A DNA stretch of 64,000 bases. It comes from Planctomycetota bacterium (GTDB taxonomy: Bacteria; Planctomycetota; GCA-002687715; CAIWVZ01). Shown piece by piece: positions 1-10,177 of the stretch. How positions within the stretch are numbered: position 1 is the first letter of the stretch; each line of letters opens with the position of its first letter. The DNA lies in NCBI GenBank assembly GCA_044222185.1, contig JBGANV010000005.1, positions 160,001 to 224,000 of the forward strand, in the 5' to 3' direction. Position numbers and translations under genes: made by a program. The notes below the pieces were generated by a model. It searched no databases and had not been told where the DNA came from. It saw only the letters and a list, made by a program, of their open reading frames with translations.

Positions 1-140
1 TGGACGTCAACTCGGCGTACGCCCGCTACCTCGTCGTCTTCGAACTCCGCTCGAGCGGCTCCCGCGCCCGCCTCATCGGCACCCTCGGCGCTGAAGGCAA
101 CCTGCTGAGCGACGAGATCCAGGACTTCTACGAGAACTGA
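1..140 (+). CDS. 3' end of a gene entering the window (probably part of the T2SS/pseudopilin cluster)
   Basis: Open frame from base 3 (DVNSAYARYLVVFELRSSG...QDFYEN*) ending TGA at 138-140 with GC3-rich codons; product not identifiable. Confidence 0.6.
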   Translation, partial: DVNSAYARYLVVFELRSSGSRARLIGTLGAEGNLLSDEIQDFYEN

Positions 141-263
141 GATCGCTTCCGCGCCCCGGATCCCCGCCCGGGGCGCTCTCGTATCTCCTGGCTGCACAGG
201 AGGTTCTCGCCCGACCGCGGGCGACAGATCGAAGTGGAACGGCGCCATTGGGATGGCGAGGCG

Positions 264-875
264 ATGACGATGTGCAAAGAACGAGGCTTCACCCTGATCG
301 AGCTGGTCACCGTGACCGCCATTCTCGTCGTCGTCGCGTCCGTCGCCCTGCTGAACCTCTCCTCGACGAGCGAGGAGGAGAAGGTCCACGCAGCCCAGGT
401 GAGCCTCACAGCCCTACGGGATGCGATTGTCGGAACGCTCGATCGCCCCGGATTCATCGTCGACAACTCCGAACCGCCGATCCGGCTGTCGGACCTGTTT
501 CAGATGCCCACGCTTCTGCCCTCCGGGCGCCCCGTCCACGCCTTTGACCGCTTCACCGCCCGAGGATGGAACGGTCCCTACCTGGCGTCGCCGGGGGGGG
601 TGTACGCCCTGAACGACGCCGCGGGGTTCACCATCAACTACGACAACGTCGGGGCCCCCTGTGTCATCGACCCCTGGCAGCGCCCCGTCATCCTCCAGCG
701 CCCGACTACGACCGGCCTGACGGACGACGAACGTCGAGAATTCACCCGTTTGGTCTCCGCCGGACCGGACGGCATCATCGAGACATCCCCAAGTGCGCAG
801 GCACCTGATCGGAACCAACTCCAGGACGTTGGTGACGACATCGTGCTGTATCTCTTCCGAGCAAACGGACCGTGA
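264..875 (+). CDS. Prepilin-type N-terminal cleavage/methylation protein (GspG-like pseudopilin)
   Basis: RG|FTLIEL class III signal plus hydrophobic helix; GWNGPYL and DPWQRP motifs typical of GspG-like pseudopilins. Confidence 0.9.
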   Translation: MTMCKERGFTLIELVTVTAILVVVASVALLNLSSTSEEEKVHAAQVSLTALRDAIVGTLDRPGFIVDNSEPPIRLSDLFQMPTLLPSGRPVHAFDRFTARGWNGPYLASPGGVYALNDAAGFTINYDNVGAPCVIDPWQRPVILQRPTTTGLTDDERREFTRLVSAGPDGIIETSPSAQAPDRNQLQDVGDDIVLYLFRANGP

Positions 876-1765
876 ATCACACCACCCGAAACAGCGGCTT
901 CACCCTCATCGAGCTGCTCGTCGTTCTCGCCATCCTCGTCGCACTCACGACCGTCGCGATCCGTTCGGTCACTGGCCTCCGTGAACAGCAGAGTTTCAAC
1001 CAGTCGCAACAGCTCGCGAACGAGCTCGAGCACGCCATTCTCGGCACACCGTCGCTCGACCCCTCCGAGTTCGCTCCGGGTTTCCTCTCCGACGTCGGTC
1101 GTCTGCCGGCTCCCGGTCCCGACGCTGAGCGTCAGCTCACCGAGTTGTGGAAGCGCCCCATCGGGATGGCGGCGAGCCATCTCGCAACCGATGCCGTCGA
1201 TCCAGGTGTGACGATGGCCGTGGGCTGGCGCGGTCCCTACCTCAAGCTCGCGCCGGGCTCGGACCGTTGCTTCGATGGATTCGGGTACTCCCCCGTCATC
1301 ACGTCCGACACGCAGTATTGGGGAATCCAGATCCTCGGCCAGGACGGGCAGGCGGGTGGAGCGTCCTACGACGCGGACGTCCCGCTCGTGCTCTTCGACT
1401 CATCCGTCGGGATCGACCGCATTCGCGCGGATTTGCAGGGCACGGTGAGCGTGAACCGGTTGCCGTTCGGCATGTCCAACTGGACCGTGCAGGTGTTCGC
1501 CTATGCGCCGGACCCCACGACGGGCGGGCTCGTGGCAATCCCTGAAGATCCAGACACCGAGACCCCGCCGCTCGGCCAGCTGCCAGTGATCTTCCACTAC
1601 AGCTTCACCGGCACGAACGCACTCACACCCGGATTGCGCGTGCTGCGGGCGTACGTCGCGCCCACGGCCGCGCCCGACAAGCGCGCCGCAGCCACGCTGC
1701 GCAGCAACGCCGTCACCCGCGTCATCCGCAACGGAGCCCAGAACATCGATCTCCGGATCGACTGA
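872..1765 (+). CDS. Prepilin-type N-terminal cleavage/methylation protein (large pseudopilin)
   Basis: SG|FTLIELLVV signal; GWRGPYL motif; GTGA overlap with the previous gene. Confidence 0.9.
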   Translation: MNHTTRNSGFTLIELLVVLAILVALTTVAIRSVTGLREQQSFNQSQQLANELEHAILGTPSLDPSEFAPGFLSDVGRLPAPGPDAERQLTELWKRPIGMAASHLATDAVDPGVTMAVGWRGPYLKLAPGSDRCFDGFGYSPVITSDTQYWGIQILGQDGQAGGASYDADVPLVLFDSSVGIDRIRADLQGTVSVNRLPFGMSNWTVQVFAYAPDPTTGGLVAIPEDPDTETPPLGQLPVIFHYSFTGTNALTPGLRVLRAYVAPTAAPDKRAAATLRSNAVTRVIRNGAQNIDLRID

Positions 1766-1783
1766 ACCTCCCCGCCCTCATCG

Positions 1784-3172
1784 ATGTCCCGTAGCTCGGT
1801 CACACTTCTGTACTTCTCGAGCGACCGAGCGTCACGAGTCGACCTGACAAGCCACGGTGCCGTGTCCCATTCCGTGACGCGGCCCGCCAGCGGGGACCGC
1901 TTCGCCGTCGCTTCAACGCTCCTCACGGGCCCCCGGCCTGCCCAGAAAACCTGGGTCATCGACGAGGCCGCTTGGACCCAGACGCTCCTCCTTCCGAAGG
2001 CCGCGCTCGACGGCCTGGATCCTGCCGAGGCCTCGCACGCCATCGGCTTCGAACTCGAACCGTTGTCGGGCGTGCCCGCCATGGAGTCGGCCACGGGCCA
2101 TCTCCCCGGCGAGCCCGCCTCCGACAATCGCGTCGCGATCTGGGTGACGCAGGTCCGCGCCGAAGTCCGGGCGAACCTCGAGTCGACGCTGGCGTCCGCC
2201 AACACGCGCCTCGCCGGGATCCTGAGCCCCGTCGGACTCGTCGTCGATGCCGAGCATCCGGCCACGATCGAGATCTGGGATCAGGCCACCTGCCTGCGTG
2301 CCGGCACCCACGTGCGCATCGTCGCCGCGCGACCTGGCCAGCGCTCCTGGCAGCAGGCGTTCGAGGAGTTCTCGCGCGGCCCCGCCAAGGGAAAGCCGAT
2401 CACGTGGACCGGATCCCTTCGGCCGACTGCGGCCGGCCTCGGCAGTCACGAGAACATCAAGGACGCCGGGCGGCTCGCCGTCGATCAGGATGCCATCGCG
2501 TGGCTCGCGCGGCTTGGGCCCACGATCGGTGCGCTGGCTGGTTCCGTGCCCGTCGTCGCGCCGATGCCGCGCGCGGCGTCGCGAGCGACCATCAGCACGA
2601 CGGCGCTCATCGCGTTCCTCGCCGTCGCGGCATGGTGCGTCTGGGACATCAAGGTCCAGTCGGACAAGGCCAAGGAACTCGAGGACAAGGCGGCGCGCCT
2701 CGAGGCCACGAAGGGCGCAGAAGCGGGCCGCAACCGGCAGAAGGCGCAACTTGCAAAGCAGATCGAGGACCTGAAGAAGGCCAACGATCCCGTGGAGCGG
2801 CGCCTCACGGCCGTCGAGGCAGAGATCCGAGCGCAGCGAACGCGGCTCCTCTCCATCCTCGAGGCCCTCTCGACGAAGACCAACCCCGAGATCATGCTCA
2901 CGGCCGTACGCAGCCGTGCGGCCGGCGCGATCGAGGTCGAGGGCGTCGGTGCCAAGCCCACATCCGCAAGCCAGTTCACGGCGGACCTGGCCCCAGCGCT
3001 CAAGGCCGTGGGCTGCGAGGTCCAGCCCGTGAAGACCTCGGCCGACACGGCCAAGGGCGGGATGACGTTCCAGAACTTTGCGTTCGTCGTCGCGCCCGTC
3101 GCAGCCGCGCCCATGCCGCCGCCACCGTCGGAGGCGTCTCAGCCGAGCCCGATCAAACGGAGGGCCCCATGA
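1784..3172 (+). CDS. GspL/PilM-PilN-like assembly platform protein
   Basis: Cytoplasmic N-domain, one TM helix (TALIAFLAVAAWCVW), coiled coil, PilN-like C-domain (IEVEGVG); operon position. Confidence 0.65.
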   Translation: MSRSSVTLLYFSSDRASRVDLTSHGAVSHSVTRPASGDRFAVASTLLTGPRPAQKTWVIDEAAWTQTLLLPKAALDGLDPAEASHAIGFELEPLSGVPAMESATGHLPGEPASDNRVAIWVTQVRAEVRANLESTLASANTRLAGILSPVGLVVDAEHPATIEIWDQATCLRAGTHVRIVAARPGQRSWQQAFEEFSRGPAKGKPITWTGSLRPTAAGLGSHENIKDAGRLAVDQDAIAWLARLGPTIGALAGSVPVVAPMPRAASRATISTTALIAFLAVAAWCVWDIKVQSDKAKELEDKAARLEATKGAEAGRNRQKAQLAKQIEDLKKANDPVERRLTAVEAEIRAQRTRLLSILEALSTKTNPEIMLTAVRSRAAGAIEVEGVGAKPTSASQFTADLAPALKAVGCEVQPVKTSADTAKGGMTFQNFAFVVAPVAAAPMPPPPSEASQPSPIKRRAP

Positions 3173-3768
3173 AGCTCTCCTCCCGCGAGCGGATCTTCCT
3201 CGCCTGTCTGCCGGCACTCGCCTTCCTCGGCGTTCACCTGTGGATCATCCAGCCGAAACTGGAGGATCGCGTGAACCTGGCTGCGTTCCGTTTGAAGAAC
3301 GCCAGCGGCAGCGCCGCCGACACGATCTCGGCGATGGAAGACGACATCGACGCCAAGCGCGATGCTTTACGGAACGAGCAGAACCGCGTGAAGGCGCTCA
3401 CGGAGAAGAAGGCGTCGCTGCTCGCACACTGGTCGACCACGGAATCGCGAACCACGACCGTCCGCGAACTCACGGCGCTCTTCGAACGCGGAAAACTCTC
3501 CGTCGTGCGGTCCGCATCCGACAACGACGACCCGACGGTCGCGCAGCCGAACGCGGGCGCGCGAGAAGTCGTCACGACCATGAAGGATCTTGGCGGCCCC
3601 TCCCCCGAGGTCCTCCGATTCGACCTCGAAGGCTCGTGGGGACAGTTCCTCACCGCGATGCGCGAGGTGAGTCAGCTCGCGACCTTCGCCGTCCCCGTGG
3701 CGTTCACGATCAGGCTCAAGGCGAAAGGCGCGGATCAACTCGAGTTCTCCGTGTGGTGCTGGATCTGA
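3169..3768 (+). CDS. GspM/PilO-like inner membrane protein
   Basis: MKLSSRERIFL + TM helix + coiled coil + FDLEGSWGQFL (PilO-like); ATGA overlap. Confidence 0.7.
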   Translation: MKLSSRERIFLACLPALAFLGVHLWIIQPKLEDRVNLAAFRLKNASGSAADTISAMEDDIDAKRDALRNEQNRVKALTEKKASLLAHWSTTESRTTTVRELTALFERGKLSVVRSASDNDDPTVAQPNAGAREVVTTMKDLGGPSPEVLRFDLEGSWGQFLTAMREVSQLATFAVPVAFTIRLKAKGADQLEFSVWCWI

Positions 3769-3770
3769 CC

Positions 3771-5219
3771 ATGAGCTCCGTCATCAAACCCGACACGATC
3801 ATCAATCTGGACGAGGTCCGAATCGATCCGGCGATCGCGCTCCGGGTTCCGGAGTCACTGGCGATGCGCCGGCGTGCGCTGGCGTTCGGCGAGGACGACG
3901 CGGGCGTCTACGCCGCCTGTCTCGATCCGGAAGACGCGGTCACGGTGGAGGCGTTGGAGCGCGCCGTGGGCCGCAAGGTCATCGCGCTCCGCGCCGTGCC
4001 GGAATCACTCGACCGCGCGCTCGGTCGCGTCTTCATCCAGCGGGACACCGTCGTCACGGACGAGACCGTGAGGCTCGTCGACGACATCATGAACTCGGCG
4101 CTCCTCGAAGGGGCGTCCGACATCCACATCGAACCCAGCGCCGATGGTGCACGCGTCCGTTATCGCGTCGATGGCACCCTCGAAGCCGCGCGCCAGATCG
4201 CGCCGGACTCGGTGCCCGGTCTCGTCAACCGCCTGAAGGTCCTTTCGGGGATGGACATCGCGGAGAAGCGCGTCGCCCAGGATGGTCGCTTCACCTATTC
4301 CACGGGGCCGGCCTCCGGTGGTCGCGCGGTGGACGTTCGCGCAGCGGCGCTTCCCACGAAGTTCGGAGAGCGCGTCACGCTCCGGCTCCTCTCCAAGCAG
4401 GTGGAGACTCTCACCCTCACGCGCCTGGGGCTGCTGCCGCGCGACCTCGCCACGTTCCAGTCGGCCATCCAAGCGCCTCACGGCCTCATCTTGCTCACCG
4501 GACCGACGGGCAGCGGCAAGACGACGTCGCTGTACGCGGCGCTCCGCGCGCTCGACCTGCCCCGGCTGAACGTGCTGACGATCGAGGATCCGGTCGAGTA
4601 CGACATCCCCGGCGTCTCGCAGGTCGAAGTCGACACCGGTGACCGGATCACGTTCGCGAAGGCCCTGCGCAGTGCGCTGCGCCACGATCCCGACGTCCTC
4701 ATGATCGGCGAGATTCGCGACCTCGAGACGGCAGAAGTCGCCGTGCGCGCCTCGCTGACCGGACACCTCGTCGTCTCGACCTTGCACACGAACTCCGCCG
4801 TCAGCGCCGTGACGCGTCTCGCCGACATGGGTCTTCCCCGCTACCTCATCGCCAACACGCTGCGCCTCGCGATGGCCCAGCGCCTCGTGCGCCGCCTCTG
4901 CAAGCACTGCGTTCGGGAGCGGCCGCTCGGTGCGTCCGAGGCGGCGGCGCTGGGCGATCGATCCTTCCAGGGTCGCATGGTCGGCGAGGCGGTCGGTTGC
5001 GCGTTCTGCAAGCGCTCGGGGTACGCGGGCCGCATCGGACTCTTCGAGACCTTTGCCCCGGGACCCGAGGCGGCCGCCGCGATCACCGACGGCATGAGCG
5101 AGAAGGAACTGTTCCGCATCTCGGGCAACGCACGAACGCTCCGCGACGATGCCATCGAGAAGGTGTTTGCACGGATCACACCTCCGACCGAGGCGATCGA
5201 AGCCGTGGAGGGTGCGTGA
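3771..5219 (+). CDS. gspE: GspE/PulE/PilB family secretion ATPase
   Basis: ASDIHIEP, MDIAEKRVAQDG, Walker A GPTGSGKTT, TIEDPVEY, LRHDPDVLMIGEIRD, TGHLVVSTLH, Zn motif CKHC...CAFC. Confidence 0.95.
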   Translation: MSSVIKPDTIINLDEVRIDPAIALRVPESLAMRRRALAFGEDDAGVYAACLDPEDAVTVEALERAVGRKVIALRAVPESLDRALGRVFIQRDTVVTDETVRLVDDIMNSALLEGASDIHIEPSADGARVRYRVDGTLEAARQIAPDSVPGLVNRLKVLSGMDIAEKRVAQDGRFTYSTGPASGGRAVDVRAAALPTKFGERVTLRLLSKQVETLTLTRLGLLPRDLATFQSAIQAPHGLILLTGPTGSGKTTSLYAALRALDLPRLNVLTIEDPVEYDIPGVSQVEVDTGDRITFAKALRSALRHDPDVLMIGEIRDLETAEVAVRASLTGHLVVSTLHTNSAVSAVTRLADMGLPRYLIANTLRLAMAQRLVRRLCKHCVRERPLGASEAAALGDRSFQGRMVGEAVGCAFCKRSGYAGRIGLFETFAPGPEAAAAITDGMSEKELFRISGNARTLRDDAIEKVFARITPPTEAIEAVEGA

Positions 5220-6424
5220 TGCCGAACTTCGCATTCAGGGCGCGCGACGCGGAGGGCAAGTTGCAGACGGGCTCGACGACCGCGCCCACCGTCGGCCAGG
5301 CCATCGACGAACTGCGCAAGCGCGGGCTGCTGATTCTCAACATCGACCCCATCGACAAGAACGCGAGCAAGCGACGGATCTCGTTGCTCCCGGCCACGTC
5401 GTTCGACGTCGAAGCGGGCATGCGCCAGCTGGCCCTGATGCACCGAAGCGGTCTCCCGCTGCTGTCTGCGCTTCGCAGCACGGCGGAAGCGGCGCGTCGA
5501 CCGGCCATGGCGCGGCGATGGGACGAGATCGCCTCGAAGATCGAGGCGGGATCGAACCTGACGTCCGCCCTGCGCGCCTATCCGCGGCAGTTCACGCCGC
5601 TCATCACGGCGCTCATCCAGGCGGGTGAGCAGTCGGGCACGCTGGACCAGGCCCTCGAGCGCGCGGCCGAGCACCTGGAACGGCGCCGCGGCTTCCGAGC
5701 CACGTTCCTGCAGGCGCTCTTCTACCCGGCCATCGTCCTCCTGCTGACCGGCGCCGTGACGGCGTACATGGTCCTCAGCGTCATCCCGACCCTGGAGAAA
5801 TTCCTGGGTGGCTTCCACAAGAAACTCCCGGAAGTGACCATGGCGCTGATCTCGTTCTCGCGCTGGCTCCGTGAGTACCTGCCGGTGGTGATGATCGTGC
5901 TCGGCGCGTTGGTGATCCTGATCGTCGTCCTCGACCGGCTGCCGCCGTCGCGTCGGCGCATCGACCGGGCCCTGTTCCGCATGCCCATCATCGGCGCCCT
6001 GCGGCGCATGTCGGCTACGGCTGTTTTTGCCCGAACCCTCGGCGTGCTCAACTCCAACGGCATCGACATCATCAACTCCCTGCGCCTGGTTCGCGAGATT
6101 CTCCCCCGGCCCGTCACGGCGTCGGCGCTCGCGCGCGCGCAGGACAGGATCATGGCGGGCCATACGCTTTCCGAGGCGCTGTCCGACGCCAAACCCTTCG
6201 CACCCCTCCTGTCTCGCATGATCGCCGTCGGTGAGAAGACCGGCGAGCTCGACCGTGTCCTCACGGACATGGCCGTTTTCCACGAGACGGAGCTGGCCCG
6301 CTGGCTGAAGCGAGCGGGTACACTCGTCGAACCAGCCATCACCGTGATCGTCGGTGGTGTGGTCGGGTTCGTCTACATCGCGTTCTTCCTGGGAATGTTC
6401 GCCGCCGCCGGAGCTCCAAAATGA
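5219..6424 (+). CDS. gspF: GspF/PilC family inner membrane platform protein
   Basis: AGEQSGTLD, ALFYPAIV, GEKTGELD, LVEPAI; three TM segments. Confidence 0.95.
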   Translation: MPNFAFRARDAEGKLQTGSTTAPTVGQAIDELRKRGLLILNIDPIDKNASKRRISLLPATSFDVEAGMRQLALMHRSGLPLLSALRSTAEAARRPAMARRWDEIASKIEAGSNLTSALRAYPRQFTPLITALIQAGEQSGTLDQALERAAEHLERRRGFRATFLQALFYPAIVLLLTGAVTAYMVLSVIPTLEKFLGGFHKKLPEVTMALISFSRWLREYLPVVMIVLGALVILIVVLDRLPPSRRRIDRALFRMPIIGALRRMSATAVFARTLGVLNSNGIDIINSLRLVREILPRPVTASALARAQDRIMAGHTLSEALSDAKPFAPLLSRMIAVGEKTGELDRVLTDMAVFHETELARWLKRAGTLVEPAITVIVGGVVGFVYIAFFLGMFAAAGAPK

Positions 6425-7050
6425 CTCCCCGCATCGTCTGCACCCTGGTCGCACTCTGCGCCGTGCTCCCCGCCCAAACGGGCGGCGAGCAACAGCCGCA
6501 GCGTTCGACGGATTCACGCCCCACGACCGACAGCCCGTTCAAGCCGGGTGATCTCATCAAGGAGATCTTCTTCAATCCGCCACCGAAGGGCCCGGAGGAG
6601 GAGTTCAATCCACTTCCGCAGCGTCCGACGCTTCCGACGATGAAGCTCAAGGGCCTGCTTCGCCTGAAGGGGCGCGACAAGCAGGCGGCGCTCGTCGAGG
6701 TCGGCGACGTGGGGACCTACGCCGTGCGCGAGGGTGAACGTCTCGCGTTCACGGTCAACGCGCGCATGACGATGCCGCGCCCGCAGCCCGCACCCGGAAC
6801 GCCGGGCGCGCAGCCGGGCGCCACGGGAGCGGGAGTGCCGACGGACCGCCCGACGCGGGAGGACCTGCAAGCCGAGAAGCGCAAGGAGGCGCAGGGTCAG
6901 CCCACGACGGGCACCGGCGCGCGTGCGACGCCCAACCAGGGCGTCGTCGTCAACAACCAGATGTCGATCGTCCTGCGGATCGTTCGCGTGAGCAGTGACG
7001 GGGTCTTTGTCGAGGTGGGCTCGCCTGGCGAGCTCTTGATCATCCGATGA
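6421..7050 (+). CDS. Exported T2SS-associated protein (PilP/GspC-HR-like)
   Basis: Signal peptide; MKLKGLL...AALVEV...YAVREGE resembles the PilP/GspC HR domain; lies directly before the secretin. Confidence 0.55.
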   Translation: MTPRIVCTLVALCAVLPAQTGGEQQPQRSTDSRPTTDSPFKPGDLIKEIFFNPPPKGPEEEFNPLPQRPTLPTMKLKGLLRLKGRDKQAALVEVGDVGTYAVREGERLAFTVNARMTMPRPQPAPGTPGAQPGATGAGVPTDRPTREDLQAEKRKEAQGQPTTGTGARATPNQGVVVNNQMSIVLRIVRVSSDGVFVEVGSPGELLIIR

Positions 7051-8939
7051 TGTCCATGCGTACCACCCTCTCCCTGTTCTTCGCCGTGCTGGCCGTGTCT
7101 GCCCAGGACCCGACCGCACCGCAGACACCCGCCCCCTCACGGCCCGCCGACCGGCTGGACCAGACCGTCGAGCTGCTCGACCTTCGCGAAACGACCTTCC
7201 GCGAGGCGCTCCGCCTCATCTCGGAGGAGACGGGCGTCAACATCGTTCCGTCCGAGGAGGCCGGCAAGAAGGCGATCTCCTGCTTCCTCCAACAGATCAC
7301 GGTTCGCCAGGCCATCGAGACGCTCTCGAAGACCTACGGCATGTGGTTCAAGGAAGATGAAGCGTCCGGCGTCGTTCGCGTGATGACGTCCAAGGAGTTC
7401 GAACGCGACCTCGTTGCGTTCCGCGACGAGCGCACTCAGGTCTTCACGCTCTTCTTCCCCAACTCCGTCGACGTGGCCGTCGCCATCCGCAATCTGTTCG
7501 GAAGCCGCGTGCGGCTTTCGCTCGACCGCGACCTGATGAGCGACGAGTACCAGGAGATCCTCCAGCGCTTCCAGCGTTTCGACCTGCTCGAACAACGCGG
7601 GCAGAGCCTGGGCGTCCTCGGAGGTGGCTCGAACACGACGGCATTCGGGCAGGGTGGGAGCGCGTTCAGCCAGAACAGCGGCGTGAACAACTTCCTGCGC
7701 AGCACTCAGGGCGTGGACCAGTACTCCAACCAGAATGCGTTCAACCAGCAGGCGACGGACCGGACTCGTCCGGATGGTCGCTCATCGCAGGGGTCGGCAG
7801 CACTCACTTCCGATCAGATCGAGATGATCGAGAAGGCCCTCGCGAAGGGCGAAGGCGAGTACGACTCCTCGCTCTTGGAGAAGCTCCGCGGCACCCAGAC
7901 GTCGATCTACGTGACGATCATGCGCCGCAACAACATGATCGCCGTGCGGTCGGCGGACGGCGCCGCGTTGAAGGAGATCGAACGCATCGTCCGAGCCCTC
8001 GACGTCCCGACGCCGCAGGTTCTCCTGGAAGTGAAGATCCTGGCGCTGGATCTGGGCGACGACTTCAGCTCCGCCTTCGATGCCAACTACTCGACGGGCG
8101 GACACAACCTGCGGTTCCAGACGGGCAACATCGCGACCGGCAGTGGCTCGTTCGACCCGGGTTCGTTCGTCTACCAGTACGTGAGCGATTCGTTCCTCTC
8201 GCGGCTCTCGCTCCTTCAGCAGAAGAACCGCGTCGTCACCCTCGCGACTCCCATGCTCCTCGTCGCCAACAACGAGGTGGCACGCCTCTTCGTCGGTGAG
8301 GAACGCCCGATCGTCCGCAACATCTCGGGGCAGACGACGGTCAATCAGAACTCCGTGACGACGACACCCCAGAACACGGTCGAGATCCGCCCCGTGGGTA
8401 CGACCCTGCTCATCACGCCAAACATCAACGCCGACCGGACGGTGACGTTGCGCGTGTTGCAGGAGACGTCCGACGTCCGCGAAGGCGGTGCCGCCATTCC
8501 CGTCATCACGTCCACGGGCTCGGTGATCAACCAGCCGGTCGACGTCGTCGGCTCGCGTTCCGTGTCCGGGACGGTCATCGCGAAGGACGGGCTCACCCTC
8601 GCCCTGGGCGGCCTCGTGCAGGAGGGTATGGAGGTCCACGAGGAAGGCGTTCCCGGCCTCATGGATATCCCGCTCCTCGGCGCACTCTTCCGCCGCGAGG
8701 CGAAGAGCCGCACCCGCCAGGAGCTGGTGATCATGGTCCGGCCCTACGTCCTCTTCACCCCCACGGAGGGCCAGGAGGTCAGTCGCCAGCTCGCCGACAA
8801 ACTTCTCGCGCACCCGGCGTCGCCAAACGGCGACCCGATGGATACATTCCAGAAGGGGGAGGCGCCGAAGCCGCCCCTCACGTCCGAGCCCCTCAAGGAG
8901 CTCCTCCGCTACCAGAGCGGACTCCCGGGAGGTAACTGA
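7047..8939 (+). CDS. gspD: Secretin (GspD/PilQ family)
   Basis: Signal peptide, N-domains, LDVPTPQVLLEVKI, VGTTLLITPNIN, DGLTLALGGL, VPGLMDIPLLGALFR, ELVIMVRPYV. Confidence 0.95.
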   Translation: MMSMRTTLSLFFAVLAVSAQDPTAPQTPAPSRPADRLDQTVELLDLRETTFREALRLISEETGVNIVPSEEAGKKAISCFLQQITVRQAIETLSKTYGMWFKEDEASGVVRVMTSKEFERDLVAFRDERTQVFTLFFPNSVDVAVAIRNLFGSRVRLSLDRDLMSDEYQEILQRFQRFDLLEQRGQSLGVLGGGSNTTAFGQGGSAFSQNSGVNNFLRSTQGVDQYSNQNAFNQQATDRTRPDGRSSQGSAALTSDQIEMIEKALAKGEGEYDSSLLEKLRGTQTSIYVTIMRRNNMIAVRSADGAALKEIERIVRALDVPTPQVLLEVKILALDLGDDFSSAFDANYSTGGHNLRFQTGNIATGSGSFDPGSFVYQYVSDSFLSRLSLLQQKNRVVTLATPMLLVANNEVARLFVGEERPIVRNISGQTTVNQNSVTTTPQNTVEIRPVGTTLLITPNINADRTVTLRVLQETSDVREGGAAIPVITSTGSVINQPVDVVGSRSVSGTVIAKDGLTLALGGLVQEGMEVHEEGVPGLMDIPLLGALFRREAKSRTRQELVIMVRPYVLFTPTEGQEVSRQLADKLLAHPASPNGDPMDTFQKGEAPKPPLTSEPLKELLRYQSGLPGGN

Positions 8940-8941
8940 GC

Positions 8942-10144
8942 ATGAAACGTCATTGGTTGCACGTGGCACGCACCCTCGTGTGCGCCGTTCCCCTCGTCAT
9001 CATCGGTGCCTGCAGCTCCGACGACGTCGACACGAAGGTCTCATCGTCGAAGCGCGTGACCATCGACGGCGAGCAGGTCGCGCTCGGACCGAGCATCGAC
9101 ATGTCGGCGTTCCGGGTGACGGCGTCCCGCATGGCCGCCCGCGGTGGAGCCGCCTCCGTCGAGCGGTTCGTCGCACTCTGGCCAGACGTGGCGCTGTCGA
9201 CGATCCGCCGTTCTCCCGACGATGAAACGACCCGACAGGTCAGCGATGCCTACGACAAGGTCTTCGGCAACGGATCCGCGGCCGACCGCCAGCGCATCCT
9301 CGCCGCGCTCGCCGAGGGCGAGTCCGGTGACGTGTCGAAGGTCGAGCAGGCGCTCGCCATGGCGAAGGATGCACGCTTCAATCACATCGCCGCGAACACG
9401 GCCATGCTGCTCGCGATCGTGCATCAACGCCGCGCCGACCCGGACGCCGCCGAGGCCCGGTGGCAAGAGGCCGTTCGACTGGCCCTCGATCTGAACGACC
9501 CGTCGCTGTGGCGCCGCGTGATGGACCAACGCCCGGGTTCCGCCCGCTGGCCACAAACCGGCCCGGTGACGGACGACGCCACCGCGCTCGCTCGCCTCGC
9601 CGATTCCGAGCTGCGCCGCGGCGATTCACGTCAGGCGACCATCGACTACCTGCGCCTCGAGCCGCTGGCCACGACGGATTCGCTCCGCGAGGCCGCGCGA
9701 CTCGGTCGGGTGCGGGCGCTTTACGCCCAGCAACGCGTCGGCGAAGCAGCCCTCATCGTCGGCCCGCTGACCCGCAGTTCGTCGCCGGAGATCGCCCGCC
9801 CCGCGCTGGCGCTCGCCGGAGTCCTCAGTGCGGAGCTCGGCGACCTGAACCATGCAGAGGATTTCCTCGCGCGTTCGCTCAAGCAGCCGACGTGGGACGG
9901 GTCGGTGCGCGCACTGGCCGACCTCGCGACGGTTCAAGCGCTTTCGGGTCGCGTCGACGAGGCGCTCGGAAACCTGCGCGCCGCGCAGACGCAGTTCGAA
10001 GCGAGCGAGGACTGGGGCGGCCTTCACCGGGGGCTGCGAAACGAAGCGCACATGCTGCGTTTCATCGGACGCGATTCCGAAGCCAAGGCCTTGGAGCAGC
10101 GCGCCGAGACCCTCGTGCAAGAGCACGGCCTCCTCGGCGAGTGA
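8942..10144 (+). CDS. TPR-like helical repeat lipoprotein
   Basis: Lipobox-like IIGA|C; Ala/Leu-rich TPR-like helices; last gene of the T2SS operon. Confidence 0.65.
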   Translation: MKRHWLHVARTLVCAVPLVIIGACSSDDVDTKVSSSKRVTIDGEQVALGPSIDMSAFRVTASRMAARGGAASVERFVALWPDVALSTIRRSPDDETTRQVSDAYDKVFGNGSAADRQRILAALAEGESGDVSKVEQALAMAKDARFNHIAANTAMLLAIVHQRRADPDAAEARWQEAVRLALDLNDPSLWRRVMDQRPGSARWPQTGPVTDDATALARLADSELRRGDSRQATIDYLRLEPLATTDSLREAARLGRVRALYAQQRVGEAALIVGPLTRSSSPEIARPALALAGVLSAELGDLNHAEDFLARSLKQPTWDGSVRALADLATVQALSGRVDEALGNLRAAQTQFEASEDWGGLHRGLRNEAHMLRFIGRDSEAKALEQRAETLVQEHGLLGE

Positions 10145-10177
10145 TCCACTCGCCGGACCCCGCGGTCGTGCGTGACG

